Shown here piece after piece: positions 9,649-18,817 of a stretch of 64,000 nt of DNA. The stretch is taken from contig CAVZNW010000001.1 of NCBI GenBank assembly GCA_963776755.1, positions 68,866 through 132,865 of the forward strand, given 5' to 3'. The stretch's first letter is position 1. Each line of letters begins with the position of its first letter. The notes beneath the pieces were generated by a model. The model saw only the letters and a list, made by a program, of their open reading frames with translations, was not told where the DNA came from and did no database searches. The translations under genes were made by a program, and so were the position numbers. This DNA comes from an uncultured Acidobacteriota bacterium (GTDB lineage: Bacteria; Acidobacteriota; Thermoanaerobaculia; UBA5066; Gp7-AA6).

Positions 9649-12068
9649 GGCAGGAGTCCAAAGGTCTTGACGATGAACGTGGCCATCTGTCCGCGGGTGA
9701 TGGGATTTCCGGGGCAGTAGAGCGGGGGGGACACGCTGCAGCCGGCGGTGATGCCTCGGGCGACGAGGTCCTCGATCCAGTCGTCCGCGAAGGCGCCCTG
9801 GGGGACGTCGTCGAAGACCGTCCCGGTCGCCGGAGGAGGAACGTAGCCCGGTCCGTAGGCCGTGTTGAGGAGGAAGACGGCCATCTGCGCGCGCGTGACG
9901 GAGGCGTCCGGGCAGTAGTTCCCGCCGCCGCACCCGGCGGTCAGGCCCTGCCGCTGGAGCTCCTCGATCCACGGGGCGTAGATGTTCGAGGCCGGCACGT
10001 CGGGAAAGACGGTGCCGGTCGCCGGCGGCGGCGTGAAGCAGAATCCGAGCCGGGCCTTGATGAGGAACGCGGCCATCTGGCCGCGGGTCGTCGGGTTGTC
10101 GACGCAGTAGAAGCCGCCGCCGCAGCCGACGGTGACGCCGTTGGAGACGAGGCGGATGACGAAGCCGTAGAACTGGTGCGCCGCCGGAACGTCCAGGAAG
10201 TCGGCCACCCAGCCCTTCAGGAGCGTGCCGGCGGTCGTGTCCGGATTGGTCACGACGACATCGTTGAGCGATCCCGGCGGCAGCGCCGGAGCGTTGGCCG
10301 TGATCTTCGTGTCGCTGACTCGGACGACGTTGGACGGCGCGACGCCCGCGATCGCGACGGTGACGGCCGGGTCGAAATTGGTGCCGGAGATCGACACCGC
10401 AGTGCCGCCGGCGGCCGGGCCCGAGGCCGGCGTGATGGCGAAGACGATCTGCTGCGAGAACTCGGAGGTGTTCCCGTCGCCGTCGGTCGCCGTCGCCGAG
10501 ACCGGGGACCCGGCGGGAATCGTGACCGAGAAGGTCGACGCCAGATCGGCGAAACCGTTTGCGTCCGTCACGTAGAGGGCCGACGCAAAGTAGTGCTCGC
10601 CCTGGAGGAAGTCCCGCGGCCGGAAGTTGCAGGCGTTCCAGTAGAAGTCGACGGTGACGGCCGTGTCGGGCGCGCCGCGGTACGCGCCCTCGATGTGCGT
10701 CGTTCCGGCGCCGGGCGTCACGGACCGGATGAGCGGAAAGTTCAGCAGGCCGTTCGAGCCCGTGTCGACGTCGCCGTCGTCGTTGGGCGTGACGCTGTCG
10801 TGATCGAGATCGATGCCCGTCGCAGGATACCCGGTCCCCGTGGTTTCCCGGTTGCGAAAGATGCTGTTGCGGCGAATCGACGTCCGGAACGTGTTGGCCA
10901 TCGCCACGCCGCTCGACCCGTTGTAGGCGATGACGTTGCCCGCCCCGACGCCGGTCCCTCCGATCTGGTTGTCCATGGGGAACGTGAATGCCCACCCGCT
11001 GTTGATGCCGCTCGCATAGTTTCCGAGCGCCGCGGTGCCGTTGACGTCCGTGCCGATCCGATTCCCCTGGATCGTGTTGTCGCTTCCTCCCCAGAGCTGA
11101 ATCCCGTGGAGTCCGTTGGCGGAGATGACGTTGCCCTCGCCCGCCCCCGAGCCGCCGACGAGATTGCCGTTCGAGCCGAGGTAAATGCCGGACCCACTGT
11201 TGCGAATGGGCTGCGTGCCGGTGATGTCGGTTCCGATGAAGTTCCCCTGGATGGTCGTCCCGTCGGCGAGGTACAGATTGAGTCCGGAGCCGTCGTTCCC
11301 GGACACGACGTTGCGCGATCCCGGCGCTGCGCCGCCGATCACGCCCGAGAAGGAGTTGACCACGTAGATTCCGTCGGTGCCATTGCCCATGGCGGTCGTT
11401 GCGCTGCGATTGGTTCCGACGAAGTTACCGGCGATGACGTTACCGGTGCCGCCGTCCATGGTGATCCCGCCGAAGGCGTTTCCCGAAATGAGGTTGCGGG
11501 TGCCCGGAGTCGTCCCGCCGATCCGGTTGTTCGAGGAGCTCACTCTGACGCCGTCGATGTTGGGCAGGGCCGTCGTGCCCGCGGCGTCCGTGCCGATGAA
11601 GTTGCCCTCGACGGCGTGCCCACCGGTCCCGCCCACGAAAATCCCGGCGCCGTATGTGCCGGCTCCAACATGGTTGATGACGAGGCCGCGAATCGTGCTC
11701 CCGGAGCCCTGGAGCTCGAGGCCGTTGAAGCCGGCTGCGAGATTCGTGGCGTCGATCTCGATGAGGATGACGGCGTCGTCGCCGGCGACCAGCGTGTTGG
11801 GCGAGGCGCCCGGCTGCGAGTAGCCGTCGATCGTGACGAATTCCGTGATCGCCGGCAGCGGCGTTAGCGGAGTGATCGTATGAACGCCGGCCCCCGGGAT
11901 GTCGAAGACGATGAGGTCCTGTCCGGACAGCGCGTTCGCGTCGAGGATCGCCTGGCGCAGCGATCCGGCGCCGGAGTCGTTCGTGTTGACGACGGTGAAC
12001 GTGACTCCTCCGGCCAGCAACGGTCCGGCGGCCGCCAGAAGCAGAGCGCCGGCGGCAAGACGCATCAT
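9645..12068 (-). CDS. P5: array paralog, intact (807 aa)
   Basis: [21 protein letters not shown]|[24 protein letters not shown]; coils; [20 protein letters not shown]; IPT; SLH-like repeats with a variant tail (..[48 protein letters not shown]-stop). The part of the track ORF upstream of 12068 is an off-frame read. Confidence 0.9.
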   Translation of the reverse strand: MMRLAAGALLLAAAGPLLAGGVTFTVVNTNDSGAGSLRQAILDANALSGQDLIVFDIPGAGVHTITPLTPLPAITEFVTIDGYSQPGASPNTLVAGDDAVILIEIDATNLAAGFNGLELQGSGSTIRGLVINHVGAGTYGAGIFVGGTGGHAVEGNFIGTDAAGTTALPNIDGVRVSSSNNRIGGTTPGTRNLISGNAFGGITMDGGTGNVIAGNFVGTNRSATTAMGNGTDGIYVVNSFSGVIGGAAPGSRNVVSGNDGSGLNLYLADGTTIQGNFIGTDITGTQPIRNSGSGIYLGSNGNLVGGSGAGEGNVISANGLHGIQLWGGSDNTIQGNRIGTDVNGTAALGNYASGINSGWAFTFPMDNQIGGTGVGAGNVIAYNGSSGVAMANTFRTSIRRNSIFRNRETTGTGYPATGIDLDHDSVTPNDDGDVDTGSNGLLNFPLIRSVTPGAGTTHIEGAYRGAPDTAVTVDFYWNACNFRPRDFLQGEHYFASALYVTDANGFADLASTFSVTIPAGSPVSATATDGDGNTSEFSQQIVFAITPASGPAAGGTAVSISGTNFDPAVTVAIAGVAPSNVVRVSDTKITANAPALPPGSLNDVVVTNPDTTAGTLLKGWVADFLDVPAAHQFYGFVIRLVSNGVTVGCGGGFYCVDNPTTRGQMAAFLIKARLGFCFTPPPATGTVFPDVPASNIYAPWIEELQRQGLTAGCGGGNYCPDASVTRAQMAVFLLNTAYGPGYVPPPATGTVFDDVPQGAFADDWIEDLVARGITAGCSVSPPLYCPGNPITRGQMATFIVKTFGLLP

Positions 12069-12083
12069 CCTGTCGCGCCACGG

Positions 12084-12124
12084 AGAAAAAGCGCCGGGGC
12101 GGCCGAGTGCCTGGCCACCCCGGC
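12084..12124 (-). terminator. Canonical intrinsic terminator (12-bp GC stem, 8-nt loop, U5) ending 16 nt before the P5 start codon
   Basis: Minus strand reads GCCGGGGUGGCC-AGGCACUC-GGCCGCCCCGGC-GCUUUUUCUCC. There is one G.U pair; the rest of the stem is perfect. Confidence 0.7.
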
Positions 12125-12154
12125 TTAACGCGACAGCCTTCGGAGGAACGCCTC

Positions 12155-12214
12155 TCACTGCAGGTTGAAAGTTCTCACGACGACCCGACCACCGGAGGCA
12201 GACCCCCGGCAGTA
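12155..12214 (-). pseudogene. Relic 3' tail of a lost paralog (..[19 protein letters not shown]-stop) in the P6-P5 spacer
   Basis: The minus-strand translation mimics the family C-terminus ..YCP...[14 protein letters not shown]-stop. It has no upstream ORF body. Confidence 0.5.
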
Positions 12215-12288
12215 GGGAACGCCATGCGGAGCATGGCGGTAACTGTCTGTTGGCACTTGACCGGGCGACTGGGTGTGTCATTCGGACG

Positions 12289-14556
12289 TCACTGAAGAGA
12301 GAAGGTCTTGACGACGAACACGGCCATTTGTCCCCGGGTCGCGGGATTCGACGGGCAGTAGTTGCTTCCGCCGCAGCCTCCGGTGATGCCTTCGGCGTTG
12401 AGCTGCTCGATCCAGTCGGCAAAAAGGGACGGGCAGGGCACATCGTCGAATGTGCCCGCGCAGAGCGGCGGGACGTAGCTCGAGCCGTGGGCGGCCTTGA
12501 GCAGGAACGGGGCCATCTGGTCGCGCCGGACGGGATTGGTGGGGCAGAAGTTGCCGCCGCCGCATCCTCCGGTGATGCCCTCGTCCGCGAGGGCCTCGAT
12601 CCAGTCGGCGAAGGTGGACGGGCAGGGGACGTCGCCGAAGTCGCCGTTGCAGGCAGGCGGGACGTAGCAGAGGCCGTGCCTGGCCTTGAGCAGGAAGACG
12701 GCCATCTGCCGCCGCAGCGTCGGCTGGTCGACGCCGTAGTTGCCTCCACCGGTCCCGACGGTGATGGTGTTGGAGACGAGCGTCGTGACGAAGGCGTGGA
12801 ACTGGTGCGATTCCGGCACGTCGAGGAAGTCCGAGACCCAGCCGTTGGTCAGGACGCCGATGTTGGCCGGCGTCGTGACGACGACGTCGTTGAAGGTCCC
12901 CGGCGCGAGACCGGGAGACGTGGCCGTCAGCGTCTGGGAGTCGACGAAGGTGACCGGAACCGACACGCCGCCGATCGTCATGGTCGTGGGATCGACGAAA
13001 TCCGTTCCGGAAGCGCTCAGCCCTGTGCCGCCCGCGGCGGGGCCGGAGGCCGGGCTGATCGAAAAGATGATCCGCTGCGAGAACTCCGAGGTGTTGCCAG
13101 CGGGGTCGGTGGCCGTCGCGGAGATGCGAGCGCCGGCCTCGGTCGCGATCGGCAGCGTCACGTCGATCGCGGCGTCGCCCGAGCCGTCGGTCGTCACCTG
13201 GGTGGCCCCGAGGTAGGTCTGGCCCTCCAGGAACTCCCGCGGGAAGCTCGAGCAGGCGGGGTTCGCGAAGAACTCGAGGTCGAACGTGGTCGAGGCCGCT
13301 CCATGGAAGCTGCCCAGAATCCGCGTGCTGCCCGCCCCCTGCGGCGCGAGGTGCTCCACGGACTGGATCAAGGGAAAGTTCTGCTGCCCGTTGGGGCCGC
13401 TGTCCACGTCGCCCACGTCATTGGGCGTCACACCGCCCGTGGGAGCGAGGTCGATCCCGAGAGTTCCGTTGTCGAAAATCGAGTTTCGGCGAATCGTGGC
13501 CGGCATCGAGCCCCCGGTACCCACGTACGCGTCGACGCCGTAGAACCTGCTCTCCGAGATCACGTTGCGCTCGACGAGCGACGGGCGGTTGACGTCGAGT
13601 GGTATGCCGACGTCGAATCGAATGATCGAGTTGTCCTCGATCACCGTGGAGCCCCCGGTCTGCGTCACGAAGAGGGCGAACTGCGTCGAGCCGGACCCGT
13701 TGGCGGCCGAGTCGTGGAACAGGTTCCGGGAGATCGTGACCGTTCCGGTCGGACCGATGCCCGGATTTCCGAAATCGACTCCGTCGAAGGAGCCGTTGAA
13801 CTCGTTCTCCTCGATGGTGACCGTGTCCACCGCGGGACTGAGAAACACGACGCTGCGCCAGCGCGCGAAGCCCAGGAGGTTGCTCTGTATGGTGGCGTTG
13901 GTGCCACCGGTGATCCGGATCAGGTTGTTCTGCGTCTGGGCGGCGCCGCCCGGGTTCGTGTAACTCGTCGCACCGGCGCCGATCACGTTCGCCTCGATGA
14001 CGGTGCCCGCTCCGCTCTGCACGTCGATGTTGCCGCTCCCCACGCCGACTCCGGAAAAGTCTCCCCCGCCGTGGAGGGCGAGGCCCCGGATGGTCACGGC
14101 ATCCGCCTGGACGGTGAGGATGGCGCCGGAGAGATTCCGGCCATCGATCTCGACCTCGGGCCCGTTCAACTGCGGCAGCGCGGGCTCGTCCCCGGTGCCC
14201 GTCCGGCCGTCCGGGCCGGTGCCGACGGTGCCCCCGGTCCCGAGCGTCACGTCGTTGGTGTTGCCGCCGTTGGCGGTCTGCGTCGTGCCGTCGACCGTGG
14301 TTCCCGGACACGTGATCGCCGGCAGGGGGGAGAGCGGCGTGATGACGGCGACGCCGTTCGACAGCAGCCCGCCCGGAACGTCGAAGGCGATGGTGTGCGG
14401 TCCGCCGTTGGGGAAGTCCGGGACGCAGCCTTGCGCGTCGGTCAGGGCCTGCCGAAGCGAGCCCGGGCCGGAGTCGTCCGTGTTGGTCACGGTGAACGTG
14501 GCCGCGGAGAGCGGCAGCGAGATGGCGCAGAGGAGGATCGAGGCGATTCGCTTCAT
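12289..14556 (-). CDS. P6: array paralog with divergent N-cap and beta-helix core, intact (755 aa)
   Basis: [18 protein letters not shown]|[45 protein letters not shown]... The core lacks the usual GN.IGTD rhythm. From [21 protein letters not shown] onward it is canonical (Ig-like, IPT, 3 SLH-like repeats, VKTFSLQ-stop). The start has the TAAAGGACTCCATG junction. Confidence 0.92.
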   Translation of the reverse strand: MKRIASILLCAISLPLSAATFTVTNTDDSGPGSLRQALTDAQGCVPDFPNGGPHTIAFDVPGGLLSNGVAVITPLSPLPAITCPGTTVDGTTQTANGGNTNDVTLGTGGTVGTGPDGRTGTGDEPALPQLNGPEVEIDGRNLSGAILTVQADAVTIRGLALHGGGDFSGVGVGSGNIDVQSGAGTVIEANVIGAGATSYTNPGGAAQTQNNLIRITGGTNATIQSNLLGFARWRSVVFLSPAVDTVTIEENEFNGSFDGVDFGNPGIGPTGTVTISRNLFHDSAANGSGSTQFALFVTQTGGSTVIEDNSIIRFDVGIPLDVNRPSLVERNVISESRFYGVDAYVGTGGSMPATIRRNSIFDNGTLGIDLAPTGGVTPNDVGDVDSGPNGQQNFPLIQSVEHLAPQGAGSTRILGSFHGAASTTFDLEFFANPACSSFPREFLEGQTYLGATQVTTDGSGDAAIDVTLPIATEAGARISATATDPAGNTSEFSQRIIFSISPASGPAAGGTGLSASGTDFVDPTTMTIGGVSVPVTFVDSQTLTATSPGLAPGTFNDVVVTTPANIGVLTNGWVSDFLDVPESHQFHAFVTTLVSNTITVGTGGGNYGVDQPTLRRQMAVFLLKARHGLCYVPPACNGDFGDVPCPSTFADWIEALADEGITGGCGGGNFCPTNPVRRDQMAPFLLKAAHGSSYVPPLCAGTFDDVPCPSLFADWIEQLNAEGITGGCGGSNYCPSNPATRGQMAVFVVKTFSLQ

Positions 14557-14564
14557 GGAGTCCT

Positions 14565-15457
14565 TTACTGAAGGCCGAAGGTCTTAGTGATGAACACGGC
14601 CATCTGACCGCGGGTGCTGGTGCCGTCGGGGCAGTAGAGGGGAGGTGACGCCTGGCAGCCGCCGGTGATGCCTTCGACGGAGAGTCGCTCGATGAAGTCG
14701 ACGGCGGCCGCGCCCGGGCAGGCGACGTCGTCGAAGACGCCGGCGCAGGCGGGCGGCACGTAGCTCGAGCCGTACTTGGCCTTCAGCAGGAAGACGGCCA
14801 TCTGCCGGCGGGTGACGAAGTTGTTGGGGCAGAAGTTGCCGCCGCCGCATCCGGTCGTGATCCCCTCGGCCGCCAGAGCCTCGATCCAGTCGGCGAAGGT
14901 GGAGGGGCAGGGGACGTCGGGAAAGACGTTGGCGCACGGGGGAGGGACGTAGCAGAGGCCGTACTTGGCTTTCAGGAGGAAGACGGCCATCTGCTGTCGC
15001 TTCGTGCCCTGGTCGACGCCGTAGAGGCCGCCGCCGACCCCCGCCGTGATGCCGTTGGACACGAGGGTGACGACGAAGGCGTGGAAGCCGTGTGCCGAGG
15101 GCACGTCGAGGAAGTCCGACACCCAGCCCTTGATCAGCGTCGCCGTCGTTCCGTCGGACGTCGTGGCGACGACGTCCTGCGAGGTTCCCGGAGCGAAGGC
15201 GGGCATGACGCCGCTCAGCTGATGGTCGTTGACGAACGTCACACCCGTGGCTGGAATGCCGCCGACGGTCAGCGTCGTCGGGTCGGCGAAGTCGGTGCCG
15301 GAGGCGGTGAAGGGAGTTCCTCCGGTATCGGGGCCCGAAGCGGGTGAGATCGAGAAGAGGATCCGCTGCGAGAACTCGGACGTGTTGCCGTTGGGGTCGG
15401 TGGCGGTCGCCGCGATGCGCGCCCCGGCCTCCGTCGCCACGGGCAGCGTGACGTCGA
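14565..15457 (-). repeat. 3' module of P7, about 90% identical (by eye) to the P8 3' module
   Basis: Aligns base for base with 16610..17503 apart from scattered, mostly third-position differences and one extra base in P8. Similarity drops abruptly upstream of ..GACGTCGA. Confidence 0.8.
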
Positions 15458-16601
15458 AAGTCGCATTTCCGCTTCCGTCGGTCGTGACCGCCGACAGGCC
15501 GAGCCACGTCTGACCCTCGACGAACTCGCGAGGGAAGTTGGAGCAGGCCGGGTTCGAATAGAAGTCGAGGTCATAGGTCGTTGAGGGGGCGCTGCCGAGC
15601 TTGCCGACGATCCGCGTGCTGCCCGTGCCCTGCAGCCCCAGGTGCTCGACGGATCGAACGATAGGGAAGTTCTGCAGATTGTTCGCTCCCGTGTCCGTGT
15701 CGCCCGGGTCGTTTGCCGAAGGGCCGACCGCTCCGAGGAGCTCGATGCCGAGGGCGCCGTTGTCGTGGATCGAGTTGCCGCGGATGACGTTTCCGCTGCC
15801 GGCCGCGGCCTCGCCCGCCCAGCCGTAGTACTGGCTGAACGCGATGACGTTGGCCTCACCGGCCACCGTGCCCCCGACGGTGTTGTTGTTTGCGCCTCCG
15901 ATGCCGGCAGAGCCCAGGCCCGATTGGTTGCCGAGAGGGCTTACGCCGTCCTTTTGCGTGCCGATGAAGTTGCCCTGGATGACGTTGCCGCTGCTCAGGA
16001 TGAAAATGCCCCCTCTTCCATGGGCCGAGATCACGTTGCGGGCCCCGGGCGTCGTTCCGCCGATGACGTTGTCCGGGGCGCTCAATACGACGCCGTCGTC
16101 CTCGTTGCCCAGTCCGACCGTCCCACTGGCATCGGTGCCGAGGAAATTGCCTTCGACGTGGTTCCCTGCGGTCGTCAGGACGATCGCGTTTCCAGCCGAC
16201 AGGCCCCGGTAACGATTGATCACCAAACCTCGTACGGTGCTTCCTCCGGCACTGATGACGAGGCCGTTCGAATCTGGCCCGGCGCCGGCCCCGTTCAGCT
16301 CGATCAGGAGCGTGCCGTTGAACCCGTTGGGGTCGGTGTTCGGGCTGGCACCGGTCTGGGTGTAGCCGTCGATGACCACGGGATCGAAGATCTGCGTCAA
16401 TTCCGAGGCCGGGCTGATCGTCTGGACTCCCGCGCCCGGGATGTCGAACGCGATGGTGTCGAGGCCCGGGTTCGCATTGGCGTCGACGATGGCCTGCCGC
16501 AGCGACCCCGGCCCGGAGTCGTCGGTGTTCGTCACGGTAAAAGTCGCCGCGGCCAGCGGCAGGGAGATCGCGAAGAGGAGGATCGAGGCAAATCGCTTCA
16601 T
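14565..16601 (-). CDS. P7: array paralog, intact (678 aa)
   Basis: MKRFASILLFAISLPLAA|[24 protein letters not shown]..; coils; ANDPGDTDTGANNLQNFPIV; IPT; SLH-like x3 with a PGAAAVDFIERL / PPLYCP tail; ends ITKTFGLQ-stop. It is the last in-frame segment of track ORF 14565..19190. Confidence 0.92.
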   Translation of the reverse strand: MKRFASILLFAISLPLAAATFTVTNTDDSGPGSLRQAIVDANANPGLDTIAFDIPGAGVQTISPASELTQIFDPVVIDGYTQTGASPNTDPNGFNGTLLIELNGAGAGPDSNGLVISAGGSTVRGLVINRYRGLSAGNAIVLTTAGNHVEGNFLGTDASGTVGLGNEDDGVVLSAPDNVIGGTTPGARNVISAHGRGGIFILSSGNVIQGNFIGTQKDGVSPLGNQSGLGSAGIGGANNNTVGGTVAGEANVIAFSQYYGWAGEAAAGSGNVIRGNSIHDNGALGIELLGAVGPSANDPGDTDTGANNLQNFPIVRSVEHLGLQGTGSTRIVGKLGSAPSTTYDLDFYSNPACSNFPREFVEGQTWLGLSAVTTDGSGNATFDVTLPVATEAGARIAATATDPNGNTSEFSQRILFSISPASGPDTGGTPFTASGTDFADPTTLTVGGIPATGVTFVNDHQLSGVMPAFAPGTSQDVVATTSDGTTATLIKGWVSDFLDVPSAHGFHAFVVTLVSNGITAGVGGGLYGVDQGTKRQQMAVFLLKAKYGLCYVPPPCANVFPDVPCPSTFADWIEALAAEGITTGCGGGNFCPNNFVTRRQMAVFLLKAKYGSSYVPPACAGVFDDVACPGAAAVDFIERLSVEGITGGCQASPPLYCPDGTSTRGQMAVFITKTFGLQ

Positions 16602-16609
16602 GGAGTCCT

Positions 16610-17503
16610 TTACTGAAGGCCGAACGTCTTGACGATGAAGACCGCCATCTGTCCGCGGGTGCTGGTGCCGTCGGGGCAGTAGAGGGGAGGCGAGGCCTGG
16701 CAGCCGCCGGTGATTCCCTCGACGGAGAGCCGCTCGATGAAGTCGACGGCGGCCGCTCCCGGGCAGGCGACGTCGTCGAAGATGCCGGCGCAGGCCGGCG
16801 GAACGTAGCTGGAGCCGTACTTGGTCTTCAGGAGGAAGACCGCCATCTGCCGCCGGGTGACGAAGTTGTTGGGGCAGAAGAAGCCGCCGCCGCAGCCGGT
16901 CGTGATGCCCTGGGCCGCGAGCTCCTCGATCCAGTCGGCGAAGGTGGACGGGCAGGGGACGTCGGGGAAGACGTTGGCGCAGGGGGGCGGGACGTAGCAG
17001 AGGCCGTACTTGGCTTTCAGCAGGAAGACGGCCATCTGCTGGCGCTTGGTGCCCTGGTCGACGCCGTAGAAACCGCCGCCGACGCCCGCGGTGATGCCGT
17101 TGGAGACGAGGGTGACGACGAAGGCGTGAAAGCCGTGTGCCGCGGGCACGTCGAGGAAGTCCGAGACCCAGCCCTTGATCAGCGTCGCCGTCGTTGCCGT
17201 CGGACGTCGTGGCGACGACGTCCTGCGAGGTGCCCGGAGCGAAGGCGGGCATGACGGCGCTGAGCTGATGGTCGTTGACGAAGGTGACGCCCGTGGCGGG
17301 AACGCCGCCGACGGTCAGCGTCGTCGGGTCGGCGAAGTCGGTGCCGAAGGCCGTGAACGGCGTGCCTCCGGTATCCGGGCCCGAAGCCGGTGAGATCGAG
17401 AAGAGGATCCGCTGCGAGAACTCGGACGTGTTGCCGGCGGGGTCGGTGGCGGTCGCGGCGATGCGCGCCCCGGCCTCGGTCGCCACCGGCAGCGTGACGT
17501 CGA
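16610..17503 (-). repeat. 3' module of P8, partner of 14565..15457
   Basis: See the P7 repeat entry. Confidence 0.8.
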
Positions 17504-18809
17504 TCGCGGCGTCACCGTTGGCGTCGGTCGTGGCCTGGGATGTGCCCAGGTAGACCTCGCCCTCGAAGAGCTCGCGCGGGAACTTCGCGCACGCCGGGTT
17601 CGAGTAGAAGTCGAGATCGAAGGTCGTCGTGGGCGCGCTGTTGAACTTGCCGACGATCCGCGTGCCCCCGGCACCCTGCAGCCCGATGTGCTCGACGGAC
17701 TGGAGAATCGGGAAGTTCTGCTTCCCGTTGACTCCGCCGTCGGCGTCTTGCGGGTCGTTGAAGCTCGGACCGTCGCTCGCGAGATCGATGCCGAGCCCGG
17801 CGTTGTCGTGGATCGAGTTGCCGCGGATCGCGTTCTTCGAGCCGCCGTTGCCGGTCACGTTGACCCCGGCATTGGAGTTGTACGCGATGACGTTGCCCTC
17901 GCCGGGGGCGAGACCACCGATCGTCGTCGTGTCGCCCCCGACATTCATCTGGATGCCGTCGCCGTTGCCGAGCGGCCCGTTGCCGTCGGCGGTGGTCCCG
18001 ATGCGGTTGCCCTGGATGACGTGATGGGTGTTGCTCTGCGACAGGAAGATCCCGATTCCGTTGCCGGAGATGACGTTGCCCGCGCCCGGCGCCGTCCCGC
18101 CGACCGTCACGTCGGCGGCGGAGAGGAGAATGCCGATGCCGTTGGGGATGGCCCGGGTTCCCGTCGCGTCGGTTCCGATGAGGTTGCCCTGGATGACGCC
18201 GTTGGGTCCGGGGTTGATCGCGGAGTTGAGGCAGCAGGCGGCGTTGCCGGAGATGAGGTTCCGGTCTCCGGGCGCCGTTCCGCCGACCCGTTCGCCAGGC
18301 GGGCCCACGCTGACCCCTCCGCTGTTCGGCAGTGCAAAAGAGCCGCTGGGATCCGTGCCCACGAAGTTGCCCCGAATGACGTTGCCGCCGGCAATCCCGG
18401 TCTGCAGGGCCGTCCCCCAGCGGTTGATCACGAGGCCCTGGATCGTCGAGCCGCCGCTGGGCGAGGCGATGAGCCCCACGGCGCCGGTCGTGGCGCTCCC
18501 GTCGAGCTCGATGAGAAGAACCGCGTTCGTCGCCACGGGATCCGTGTTCTCGGTCGCGCCCGGCTGCGAATAGCCGTCGACGAGCGCGGCCTCGGAGACC
18601 AGGGGCAGCGACGTCGCCGGCGTGATCGTATGGACGCCGGTTCCGGGAATGTTGAATGCGATCGTGTCGAAGCCGGGGGTTCCGTTGGCGTCGAGGATCG
18701 CCTGCCGCAGGGATCCCGGTCCGGAGTCGTCGGTGTTCGTCACGGTGAAGGTCGCCGCGAAGAGGGGCAGCGAGGTCGCGCAGAGGAGGATCGAGGCAAT
18801 TCGCTTCAT
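16610..18809 (-). CDS. P8: array paralog, one frame break as assembled (extra base ~17196)
   Basis: [18 protein letters not shown]|[24 protein letters not shown].. runs in the frame of ORF 14565..19190 up to ..VVATTSDG. The tail is track ORF 16610..17149 (..HGFHAFVVTLVSNGITAGVGGG..IVKTFGLQ-stop). Compared with P7 (cgttccgtcgg), P8 reads cgttGccgtcgg. Length is 2200 nt. Confidence 0.88.
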
Positions 18810-18817
18810 GGAGTCCT

